A stretch of DNA of 64,000 nucleotides from the NCBI GenBank assembly GCA_027031765.1, contig JALVPN010000040.1, positions 71,915 to 135,914 on the forward strand, read 5' to 3'. Positions within the stretch are counted from its first letter, which is position 1, and each line of letters begins with the position of its first letter. This document shows, piece after piece, positions 8,921 to 17,811 of the stretch. Both the position numbers and the translations under genes were made by a program. The notes below the pieces were generated by a model. It did no database searches, had not been told where the DNA came from, and was given only the letters and a program-made list of their open reading frames with translations. The DNA comes from Promethearchaeota archaeon (GTDB lineage: Archaea > Asgardarchaeota > Thorarchaeia > Thorarchaeales > Thorarchaeaceae).

Positions 8921-9837
8921 CGTACTCGGTTCTCCGGCTGATTGAGGTCATGGGTGACCAGTTCTCCGAACTCCTCAACACAGTCCTGACCAGGGTTCCG
9001 GTTCTGGTCGTTGGCAAGGACGTTGAACTTGTGGATGACCTTACGGAGAGCCTTGCTCTCCTGTGCCCACATCGGCGCAAGCTGCTGTTCTGGCGGGACT
9101 TCACAACCGAAGAGGAGATACAGACCGTCTGGGACGAGGAGAAACACGACTATGAAGTGAGCCGCACTGTGGTCATTGGGCTGGCGTCAAATCTCAGACT
9201 TGCTCTTGACAGGATATCACAGTTCATGGGGTGGATAATGTCGGTACCGCTGGAGATATCAATACTCGGACTACGTGTGACCGAGGACTCGTTATCAGAT
9301 GTGGTCGACCGGGTTTCAGGTCCCAATGGAAACTGCGGAGTCCTACGCGTTGAGTCACCTTCGGTAATGGCCTTCTCGCTGGCCCGCCAGAGGACAAGCA
9401 CCCTTGCTGTCGAGCGGCGCATAGTATCCAAAATCCTGAAGAGGAAGCACCAGTCACTTGAGCGTATCCGACGACTCCTCAAGAAGTCACTACGGGGAGT
9501 CCCGCAATCAAACAGCCTCCTCAGTGTAGTCCTGCAACTTGACGACGAGTCGGAGAAGATAACGCGCGACGTCTTTGACGAGGAGATTGGCATCTATGTA
9601 CATGCGGCCCGCCGTGCTGTAACGCTGCTCTCAAGGATACGACTTGCAAGAGAGTTTGATGTCCCGGCCGAGCTCACAGAGCGGAACCTCTGCGAGGCCA
9701 TCGGTTGGGACGGTGGCGCACTGACAGACTTGCTGCAGTTCATGCGTGCCGAGTGGCATGAGGACTTCTCGGACTGTGTCAAGGGTAGCACCCTGTCCGA
9801 CCTCGGAGCATGGGTGGACAGTATGTGGGGTGGTTAG
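8917..9837 (+). CDS. Hypothetical 306-aa protein, middle gene of the Roadblock-GTPase operon (ATGA overlap with upstream gene)
   Basis: Long ORF, translationally coupled on both sides; no recognisable motif. Confidence 0.5.
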   Translation: MTYSVLRLIEVMGDQFSELLNTVLTRVPVLVVGKDVELVDDLTESLALLCPHRRKLLFWRDFTTEEEIQTVWDEEKHDYEVSRTVVIGLASNLRLALDRISQFMGWIMSVPLEISILGLRVTEDSLSDVVDRVSGPNGNCGVLRVESPSVMAFSLARQRTSTLAVERRIVSKILKRKHQSLERIRRLLKKSLRGVPQSNSLLSVVLQLDDESEKITRDVFDEEIGIYVHAARRAVTLLSRIRLAREFDVPAELTERNLCEAIGWDGGALTDLLQFMRAEWHEDFSDCVKGSTLSDLGAWVDSMWGG

Positions 9838-9838
9838 A

Positions 9839-10429
9839 ATGATAATTGACTATGGCAATCGCACGGTTTCGCTCAAGATTGTCTTCTTTGGTCCGGCCAT
9901 GAGCGGGAAGACGACTGCAATCCGCTGGCTCTTCAATGCCTTTGGATGTGCTGACCGACTCGTATCAATTGAGAACACCGTTGGACGGACAATGTTCTGT
10001 GACTTTGGAACACTGTCGTTTGACCTTGGTGGTGGGTGGCGAATTGACGCACATGTGTGGTCAGCCACAGGCCAAGATTTCTACAGATCCACACGAGAAG
10101 TTGTGTTGGTCGGCACGGATGGCGTTGTCTTTGTTGCAGACTCGCAGGCGATACTATTGAATGAGAACATTGCTAGCTGGCGCGAGCTCACAAGGATGCT
10201 GGAAGGAGGCGACAGCACATTCCCAGTGGTCGTGTGTCTGAACAAGCAGGATTTGCCGGACTCCATAGACGAGTCCAAGTTCAGGGAATACCTTTCATTG
10301 CCAAAGTGTGTCGCAGTCTTCAGGAGCGTTGCAAAGGACGGTGTCAACATCCTAGAGGCTTTCGAATACCTCTTCCGCCTTGCGATGCAGTCCAGCTTGC
10401 TTGCAACAACGCCGCCAATGGAGATATAG
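9839..10429 (+). CDS. Ras-superfamily small GTPase (MglA/Arf/Sar-like), starts 1 nt after upstream stop
   Basis: G1 GPAMSGKTT, G3-like WSATGQD, G4 NKQD; about 196 aa. Confidence 0.65.
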   Translation: MIIDYGNRTVSLKIVFFGPAMSGKTTAIRWLFNAFGCADRLVSIENTVGRTMFCDFGTLSFDLGGGWRIDAHVWSATGQDFYRSTREVVLVGTDGVVFVADSQAILLNENIASWRELTRMLEGGDSTFPVVVCLNKQDLPDSIDESKFREYLSLPKCVAVFRSVAKDGVNILEAFEYLFRLAMQSSLLATTPPMEI

Positions 10430-10659
10430 ATCAACGCTCCCGCTCACGGGCTGGCCATCCGTGAGACCACGCAGCCGCCAGTGGTCAGATGGGGCAAGTA
10501 CACATTGTAGCCGCGGGGCGGCTCACAGATTGAGAACCACAGGCCCTCAAAGTGCCACGGCCTGTCGACAGGCCCAAGACTTGCAGTCAGCTGTACCATG
10601 CCAGAAATGTTATCAGGACTGTGTTTCATGTCCCGACAAGTGTTGTTGCGAGCCTGGTC

Positions 10660-12396
10660 ATGGGAGCTCACAGTGCAACTCTTGCTCAACAACAGGCAAC
10701 GTGGGGGTCTTGGTTGAACTCGGCAGAACCGGAAACACGATTTGTCTTTGTGACTGGTGGCGTGCTATCGGGGATAGGAAAAGGCGTCACCACCGCTTCA
10801 CTGGCCAAACTGTTCCAGTTCCGGGGTTACACGGTCAGGATTATCAAGATTGACCCGTACCTGAACATCGACCCCGGTACCCTGAACCCTATTGAACATG
10901 GGGAGGTCTTCGTTACCGACAAGACCTGGGTCTTCGTCCCTGTGCCCGGTTTTGAGTTCTTGATATCAGAGATTGACCAGGACTTTGGAACATATGAGCG
11001 TTTCACCGGGATTGAGGTATCACCTTCTCAGAACATAACATCCGGTCAAATCTACATATCGGTAATCTTGGGTGAGCGCAGGGGCTCATTTCTTGGGCGC
11101 ACAGTGCAGATAATTCCACATGTCACTGATGCAATCAAGAAGAGGATATGGGAGATAGTCGATACACCGCCATGCCCCGATGTGGTGCTTGTTGAGATAG
11201 GGGGGACAGTCGGTGACATCGAGGCAATGCCGTTCCTTGAGGCTGTGCGTCAGCTGGTCCTTGAAGTGGGGCGGAGCCGTGTTGCCCTTGTACATGTGAC
11301 ACTCGTGCCATACATGAAATCCGTTGGCGAGTTCAAGACAAAGCCGACTCAACACAGTGTACGGACACTTCAGGGGCTCGGCTTGCAGCCTGACATAATC
11401 GTATGCCGCGCGGACAAGGAACTTGGCGATGCTGCGCGCGCAAAGATTGCCCTTTTCTGCAATGTGCCAGAGAGCCGGGTCATCTCCAACCCGGACATCC
11501 CTGTGACCTACGAGCTCCCGCTCTCCTTTGAGCGGCAGGGACTGGGCAAGATACTAGTTGAACACTTTCAAATGGAACATCGGAAGCCAGACACGGGATT
11601 GTGGGAGCGAGTTGTCAGCACCTTCCAATCATGTACGGGGAGCATTGCCATAGCAATGCCAGGGAAGTATACTTCGCTGAGCGACTCGTACAAGAGCATC
11701 AATGAGGCCTTGCGTCACGCTGGTGCTGCATGCGGTGTCCGGGTCGATGTGAGGTGGATTGACACTGATGATGACCCGGATGTCGCCTCACTCCTAGCCC
11801 CCATGGAAGGGATTCATGGGATACTGTTGACACCAGGTTTTGGGGCACGCGGTGTCGAGGGAATGATAAACGCCGCGACAATATCCCTCGACCACGGCAT
11901 CCCGTTTCTAGGCATCTGCTACGGGGCACAGCTCGGCACCGTCGCTTTCGCCCGCAAGATGATGGGCTGGAAAGATGCCCACACCACAGAGGTGAACCCT
12001 CACACCTCACACCCAGTTGTAGACCTGTTGGAAGAACAACGACGGACTCAGGATAAGGGGGGGACCATGCGTCTTGGGGGGCAGGAGATACGCATAGTCG
12101 AGGGGACACGCCTCCACGAGCTGTACGGGGAGAAGTGCACTCGTGAACGCTTTCGTCACAGGTACCATCTAATCAATGACTATGTCGACAAGATGCGGGA
12201 GAAAGGCATGGTAGTATCTGCATACGATAGCACGGGTCGAATGGTAAACGCCGTGGAGGTCACAGACCACCCCTTCTGGATAGGTGTCCAGTATCATCCA
12301 GAATTCCGCTCGCGTCCTGGTCACCCACACCCATTGTACTTGGGATTCGTAAAGGCTGCAATTCAACACCAGAAGAGGGGAGGAGGGGCAAGCTGA
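10660..12396 (+). CDS. pyrG: CTP synthase (alternative TTG start at 10714)
   Basis: FVTGGVLSGIGKG, GTVGDIE, glutaminase domain with GICYGAQL and HPEF. Confidence 0.9.
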   Translation: MGAHSATLAQQQATWGSWLNSAEPETRFVFVTGGVLSGIGKGVTTASLAKLFQFRGYTVRIIKIDPYLNIDPGTLNPIEHGEVFVTDKTWVFVPVPGFEFLISEIDQDFGTYERFTGIEVSPSQNITSGQIYISVILGERRGSFLGRTVQIIPHVTDAIKKRIWEIVDTPPCPDVVLVEIGGTVGDIEAMPFLEAVRQLVLEVGRSRVALVHVTLVPYMKSVGEFKTKPTQHSVRTLQGLGLQPDIIVCRADKELGDAARAKIALFCNVPESRVISNPDIPVTYELPLSFERQGLGKILVEHFQMEHRKPDTGLWERVVSTFQSCTGSIAIAMPGKYTSLSDSYKSINEALRHAGAACGVRVDVRWIDTDDDPDVASLLAPMEGIHGILLTPGFGARGVEGMINAATISLDHGIPFLGICYGAQLGTVAFARKMMGWKDAHTTEVNPHTSHPVVDLLEEQRRTQDKGGTMRLGGQEIRIVEGTRLHELYGEKCTRERFRHRYHLINDYVDKMREKGMVVSAYDSTGRMVNAVEVTDHPFWIGVQYHPEFRSRPGHPHPLYLGFVKAAIQHQKRGGGAS

Positions 12397-12461
12397 CAAT
12401 CTGGGGGCCGGTTTTGTGAGCCTTTATTATGCATTTGACGCTACAGTGGCGTGTGGACTAG

Positions 12462-13613
12462 ATGCATTCATGGGAACACGACTTGCTCAAACTGGTACGC
12501 GAGATAGAGCGGGTAGAAACTACAAAACGCAAGTTCGGTGACGCAATGAGAACAATCAAGGACTCGATTGATTTCTCACGTTTCCGTGCCATAGCGGAGA
12601 CTACGCTGGAACCGACACTTATTGCCCGAGTAAGTGAAACCTCTCTCTCGGGGCTACGTATTGCGGGCATAGATGGTGGACTGGTGCGGAAACAATTCCA
12701 GTCAATGAACCTGTTGCTCACACGTGGTGTTGCAGTAGTGTTCAGCTTTGGGCCTGAAGAGGGGCCACATGTGGAGTTCTATCCCGAACCGTTCCCGGAA
12801 CCGAGAGTTACCCCTGTCCTCCCGATTCTGTCACCTACCGAGCTTGATCAGATGGCTTCGCTTGAACGTGTTTCCACAGAGCTCCGTGTCGCGTTAGGAG
12901 TGCTTGAACGCTTCCGTTCAAACTTGATATTGCTTGACGGGAGCCTATTCTATCATCCCCGCGACAGGCCCCAGAGAGGGTCACCAGTCTTTGAGAAGTT
13001 CCAAGAGGTGCTGGCACTATATCGGCGCATGTATGGACTTGCAATGGAACGGAATACAACGCTGGTGGGAGTGGTCAAGGATGGACGTTCGACCCGTGTG
13101 ACAAGTGTCTTGGGTGATATCCTCCCCCATATTGTGCGCGACCCCGCCATTTTCGAGACCATGCAGGATGTGGACTACAGGTGGTTACTCAAGATGTCAC
13201 GGGACTGCGATGTCCTTGACACTTTCATGGATGTGGGTGAGCGCACCTTTGCTTTCAGGTACTCTTCGGAAATCAACTCCAGTGTGAATGCTCCTGATGA
13301 CCTGCTTGCGTGGGCATCATCCATCATTGTGACCTATCTCAAGGCCGCCCGCGATGACCTGCCCATACGCATAGAGGTGCTGACCAGTCCTGACGACCCA
13401 TTGGGTCAGCTTGATAGAGCACTCTCTGCAATACTGCCACTCTCGTCGCAACACCCCGAATACGGCGTGCCTGCGCCCATCCTTGAGGCCGATGCCCGTG
13501 CACGGATTACCAGCAACGAGAGCCAGCTGATTGTCGACCGTCTGATGGCAATGTCAGGGCTCACGTATGTGATGCTTGAGAGGCGGCGGTCACGGAATCC
13601 ATTCAGTGGATGA
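12462..13613 (+). CDS. nurA: NurA 5'-3' nuclease
   Basis: IAGIDGG motif and length typical of NurA; ATGA overlap with downstream herA. Confidence 0.7.
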   Translation: MHSWEHDLLKLVREIERVETTKRKFGDAMRTIKDSIDFSRFRAIAETTLEPTLIARVSETSLSGLRIAGIDGGLVRKQFQSMNLLLTRGVAVVFSFGPEEGPHVEFYPEPFPEPRVTPVLPILSPTELDQMASLERVSTELRVALGVLERFRSNLILLDGSLFYHPRDRPQRGSPVFEKFQEVLALYRRMYGLAMERNTTLVGVVKDGRSTRVTSVLGDILPHIVRDPAIFETMQDVDYRWLLKMSRDCDVLDTFMDVGERTFAFRYSSEINSSVNAPDDLLAWASSIIVTYLKAARDDLPIRIEVLTSPDDPLGQLDRALSAILPLSSQHPEYGVPAPILEADARARITSNESQLIVDRLMAMSGLTYVMLERRRSRNPFSG

Positions 13614-15130
13614 TGAACATGAGAATGAACACATTGACGGAACGGTTGGGAACCGTAATATGCACTGACAGTGGGCCCAGTGTGACACGGTTCTCATTCG
13701 TAGTTGAGGCTGAGGAACCTTCGAACACAGTAAAACGCGGTGAGTTTGTAGGTGTACATCTGGACTCAGCAACTGTGATTGCACGGATCCAGGACATCAT
13801 ACGGCTGAACCGCTACTTTGAGCACGCTGAGGCTGTGCGGGAGTATCAGTCTCGCGGCACTCCGCTCAGGTCGATTTTCCCCACCGACCGTTGGCAGTAC
13901 ACGGTCGCCGAGGCAGGAGTATTGGGCTTCTGGATGAATGACCGACCAGTCCGACCGTTCTCAGCAGTATCACCTGGTGCCACTGTCCGACGAGTAGATG
14001 AGAGGGTTCTTGCAGCATTTCTAAGGCTAGACCCAGAGCGCGGACTCAACCTAGGCCGGATTAGCCATCACGACCTCCAATTCACACCGTCCCTAGAGCG
14101 TCTACTCTCGAAACACCTTGCAGTCCTAGCGATGAGCGGGGCCGGCAAGTCGTATTTCATTTCGGTGCTCCTAGAAGAGCTGTTACTGAGACCACGCGAG
14201 TATGGACGCATTGCAGTTGTTGTCATCGACGTCCACGGTGAGTACACGTATCTACAGGACATCGACGTTGGAGAACAGGGGCGCCCGGGCACTGAGATTG
14301 AGGTCGAGCACATCCGGGGCCCACACATCCAAGTGTCAGTGCCCCGCCTCAGTGCAGACGCAATGGGTGCACTTGTTGCTGGCATGAGCGCAGTCCAGAA
14401 GCGTGACCTACGGCGAGTGCTTGCTGACATCCGGAAGGAAACAAAGGAATACACACTCACAGTCCTGATAGAACGAGTACGTGCGGATGAGCAAATCAGT
14501 CGGAATACCCGTGACGCCCTAGTCAGCTGGCTCGTAGACCTTGACGAAACCCGACTCTTCGGGCTGGAGCCGGTACCTGACCTCCAGAGGGTTGTACGCC
14601 CAGGAAAGCTCACCCTGATTGACCTCAGTGACTTCATCAGCCTGAAGAAGAAGCAGATTGTAGTGGCCCACATAGCGAATGAGCTCCTAACAATGCGTCG
14701 TCGACAGCGCATCCCCCCCTTTCTACTCGTGTTGGAGGAGGCACACCAGTTCTGTCCAGAGAGCCGTCAGGAGTTGGCACTTCCGCGGGCCCGGTTAGAA
14801 ACAATTGCTCGCGAGGGGCGCAAGTTCTATGCCCTGTTATGTCTGGTTTCACAGCGGCCCGTCAAACTCTCTACGACAATCCTAAGCCAGTGCAGCAACC
14901 AGGCAATCTTCAGGACAACAAATCCGTACGACCTTGACCACATTGGAAAGAGCAGTGAGGGTATCGACCGTGCGTCGCTCGATGCAATCACGACGCTTGA
15001 GGTGGGTGAGGCATTGTTCGTTGGCGAAGCAGTATCACATCCCACCTTTGTGAAAATCCGGAGGCGGATGTTTGAGCCTCCAGACTCATCTGAGAACCTC
15101 CTTGATGCGCTACGTGATGCTGACAAGTGA
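13610..15130 (+). CDS. herA: HerA bipolar DNA helicase (FtsK/HerA ATPase)
   Basis: Walker A LAVLAMSGAGKSY, Walker B-like LLVLEEAHQF, about 500 aa. Confidence 0.75.
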   Translation: MMNMRMNTLTERLGTVICTDSGPSVTRFSFVVEAEEPSNTVKRGEFVGVHLDSATVIARIQDIIRLNRYFEHAEAVREYQSRGTPLRSIFPTDRWQYTVAEAGVLGFWMNDRPVRPFSAVSPGATVRRVDERVLAAFLRLDPERGLNLGRISHHDLQFTPSLERLLSKHLAVLAMSGAGKSYFISVLLEELLLRPREYGRIAVVVIDVHGEYTYLQDIDVGEQGRPGTEIEVEHIRGPHIQVSVPRLSADAMGALVAGMSAVQKRDLRRVLADIRKETKEYTLTVLIERVRADEQISRNTRDALVSWLVDLDETRLFGLEPVPDLQRVVRPGKLTLIDLSDFISLKKKQIVVAHIANELLTMRRRQRIPPFLLVLEEAHQFCPESRQELALPRARLETIAREGRKFYALLCLVSQRPVKLSTTILSQCSNQAIFRTTNPYDLDHIGKSSEGIDRASLDAITTLEVGEALFVGEAVSHPTFVKIRRRMFEPPDSSENLLDALRDADK

Positions 15131-15163
15131 CAGGCCATGTCAGCAGCGCTGCCTGTGAGTACT

Positions 15164-15241
15164 TGGCGGGCGCACCAGGATTTGAACCTGGGACGTCTTG
15201 GTCCGAAGCCAAGCGCCCTATCCAGACTAGACCATGCGCCC
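15164..15241 (-). tRNA. tRNA-Arg(TCG), no intron, CCA encoded
   Basis: Acceptor GGGCGCA/TGCGCCC, anticodon stem CTTGG/CCAAG, loop CTTCGGA, T-arm CCAGG TTCAAAT CCTGG. Confidence 0.8.
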
Positions 15242-15315
15242 ATTCGGGAGGGTGTTACTAGGCTCTTAAGGACTTCTGTCAAGCAACACTAGTTCTAAGC
15301 CAAACACCCAGCGCG

Positions 15316-16002
15316 CTACTGCCGCAGCACAAAGACCCCTGAGGCTGTCCCAACATGTACTTCGTCAGCCATCCCCACGAACAGGCCAGTTTCTACAACT
15401 CCGGGAACCATCTTCAATGCCACCTCTACTTCAGCAGGGTTTTCAATCGGCTCCGGGAATTCCAGATCCAGGATGAAGTTGCCGTTGTCAGTCACCACTG
15501 GCCCGACTTTTCTTTCAGCTTGGCGAAGATGAGGCACAACCCCCATGTCTGCAATTTTCCTCATAACAATGTCGCAGGCGAAAGGAATGACTTCAACTGG
15601 GACAAAGAAGTGGGTCGCAAGCCTATCGACAAGTTTGGACTCATCCACAATGATGATGAAACGCTTGGCTGCAGAGGCAACAATCTTTTCCTGTAGTAGC
15701 GCCCCACCGCCACCCTTTGTAAGGTTCAACTGCTGGTCGACCTCGTCAGCCCCGTCCACTGCAATGTCTATTGACGGGTTCCGACTTAGGTCTGTGAGGG
15801 GGATTCCGTGTTTGATTGCAAGACGGTATGACTGGTATGAGGTTGGTACTGCAAGGAAATCCAAATCTTCGCGCACTGTGTGCTCTCCCAGTATCCGGAT
15901 GAACTCGGCAACTGTGGATCCGCTGCCAAGACCAACGACTCCATGTGGAGGCAGTTCCCGAATGGCACTCTGCGCGGCCCTGAACTTTGGAGTGGTACTC
16001 AT
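15316..16002 (-). CDS. rpiA: Ribose-5-phosphate isomerase A
   Basis: GLGSGSTV, DGADEVD, KGGGGALLQEKIVA. Confidence 0.8.
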   Translation of the reverse strand: MSTTPKFRAAQSAIRELPPHGVVGLGSGSTVAEFIRILGEHTVREDLDFLAVPTSYQSYRLAIKHGIPLTDLSRNPSIDIAVDGADEVDQQLNLTKGGGGALLQEKIVASAAKRFIIIVDESKLVDRLATHFFVPVEVIPFACDIVMRKIADMGVVPHLRQAERKVGPVVTDNGNFILDLEFPEPIENPAEVEVALKMVPGVVETGLFVGMADEVHVGTASGVFVLRQ

Positions 16003-16262
16003 GGGGACACCACGGGCGTAAGGCACGGCCAGTTACAAAACCCTTACGGCAAAGTGCCCCATGCAGCCCCCATGACGGCCCAACGAGGACTGGTGCCGGT
16101 GCAGAGCAAGGATACGACCGGTCAGCAGTGGTATGGACATGCGCAGCAATCTGGACTGGTGCCGACGTGTCACGGCACGCGAAAACATATTTGACGCCCC
16201 AATGCAGCCTCCTCCACCCAGCCCGGTCATGGATGGCATCATGCACCGAGTGGTGAAAGGCA

Positions 16263-17267
16263 TTGACGAGGTTCCTTGAGGACTGCCGTGCGGGCATCAT
16301 GGCACAAGTGGAGGGGATTCCGGCCACACTCAAGTCGGTTGATCCGCTCCAATCAGACGCTCTGACATCAGTCAGGAGGCTGGTCTTTACCGGTTGCGGA
16401 GACTCGTTTGCCGTGGCGGACTATGCGAGATGGTTGTTCTTGGCATGTGGGCTGAACGCCACCTACATCACACCGCCAGCACTACCAGTGTTGCCACTTG
16501 ATGAGGACTCACTAGTTGTGGGAATTACAGCCTCTGGGCGGAGCTTGGCAACCGTTGACGCACTAGACCATGCGAGCCGTGAGGGGGCACAGACTGTAGT
16601 GCTTACGGACAACCCCAATGGTCCGGCAGTCAAACATGCAGAAACAGTATGGCTCACCCGTTCCAATGCACCAAGTTATGACATCAGCCCTGCATCACCG
16701 ACCACATGTGCAATGGCATTCCTCCTAGGGCTGGCCGCATTCCTTGACACGCCAGTTTCAATGGGCATCAGACACGACCTCCCACTCCTCGTGAAGACCG
16801 CCCCGGAAACTGTCCGTCTGGCGCAGAGTGTTGGACTTGAAACTGCCTCATGGCTGGATGTCACGCACCCAATCTATCTCATATCAGAGGGGCCGTGTCA
16901 TGTGGCAGCTCAGATTGGGATGATGAAATTCAACGAGTATTCAGTCACACGGGGAGTGGCGGCCGTGCGAGAAGAGTTCCGACATCACTGGGCCCTGTCA
17001 GTGGGAGCTGGTGACAACGCACTGCTGATTGTCGGAGAAGAGGCCAATGACACGGACATGCGGTACGTCGAGGTTCTACGTACGCATCTCGGAATGCGGG
17101 GCACTACTGTTTCCCCGCCCGCATCACTCAATCTCCACTCCCTCTTCTCGCGGGTAATCCCACTAGTAATCGCGCTCCAGCTAGCAGCGTACCAAACAAC
17201 ATCTAGGTTCGCCCCATCGACAAAGGGGTTCAGAATGCCCCATGCAGGAGCGTTCAAAATCTACTAG
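16263..17267 (+). CDS. SIS-domain phosphosugar isomerase (GlmS C-terminal / AgaS-like)
   Basis: VFTGCGDSFAVADYA and GITASGRSLATVDAL SIS motifs. Confidence 0.6.
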   Translation: MTRFLEDCRAGIMAQVEGIPATLKSVDPLQSDALTSVRRLVFTGCGDSFAVADYARWLFLACGLNATYITPPALPVLPLDEDSLVVGITASGRSLATVDALDHASREGAQTVVLTDNPNGPAVKHAETVWLTRSNAPSYDISPASPTTCAMAFLLGLAAFLDTPVSMGIRHDLPLLVKTAPETVRLAQSVGLETASWLDVTHPIYLISEGPCHVAAQIGMMKFNEYSVTRGVAAVREEFRHHWALSVGAGDNALLIVGEEANDTDMRYVEVLRTHLGMRGTTVSPPASLNLHSLFSRVIPLVIALQLAAYQTTSRFAPSTKGFRMPHAGAFKIY

Positions 17268-17557
17268 GCTGTCGTATCTGGAACACTTGTTCCATGGAGG
17301 ACGATGGCAACGAAACGCAACTCTTTTTATGTAATCATACCATACAACAAGGTGTCCATAGCGACGGTCAGGACAGATGATATGCTAGTTGTCAGGCCAC
17401 ATGGAAATGCTTTTATTCCCACATAGCGCTCCGATGTGTGCTCAGGCAGGATTGCTTCCCGACATGCATGGCCGCGTACCATCTGTCAGATATCAGGGAA
17501 GTGTACAATCTCAAACATCGGGCCGGGATGTGACCCTGCATGTCGGTGTGTACGTAG

Positions 17558-17664
17558 GGGCTCGTGGCGCAGCCAGGTAGCGCAGCAGGCTTTTAACCTG
17601 ATGGCCGCGGGTTCAAAGAAGCGCGAGAGTTCCTCGCGGTTGGGGTATCCCGCCGAGCCCGCCA
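17558..17664 (+). tRNA. tRNA-Lys(TTT) with 30-nt intron in T-loop at 59/60 (17618..17647); CCA encoded
   Basis: Acceptor GGGCTCG/CGAGCCC, D-arm GCGC AGCCAGGTA GCGC, anticodon loop CTTTTAA (27:43 G-A mismatch), T-stem GCGGG/CCCGC split by intron containing CGCGAG..CTCGCG hairpin. Confidence 0.6.
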
Positions 17665-17811
17665 TGCCCCTTCACAAGGAAGACGCAATCTGCCGAGTAA
17701 TACAACGGGGCGACTATTGCGGGATGTGTGTACTCCGTTCTATGGGGTTCATGCATCGGGAAGCATCTGAGTCCGCAGTAGTACCCCGTCCTGCCCCCCG
17801 GGTGTCAGAAC

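Noticed and set aside
10552-10659. ORF-track 5' extension of pyrG (MPRPVDRPKTCSQ...)
   Set aside because: CTP synthases begin a few residues before FVTGGV; the extension is Cys/His/Arg-rich non-protein-like sequence. Start moved to ATG 10660 (or TTG 10714).
13846-14852. Antisense ORFs inside herA (13846..14049, 14068..14712, 14637..14852)
   Set aside because: Arg/Ser-rich reverse-frame artefacts of a GC-rich gene.
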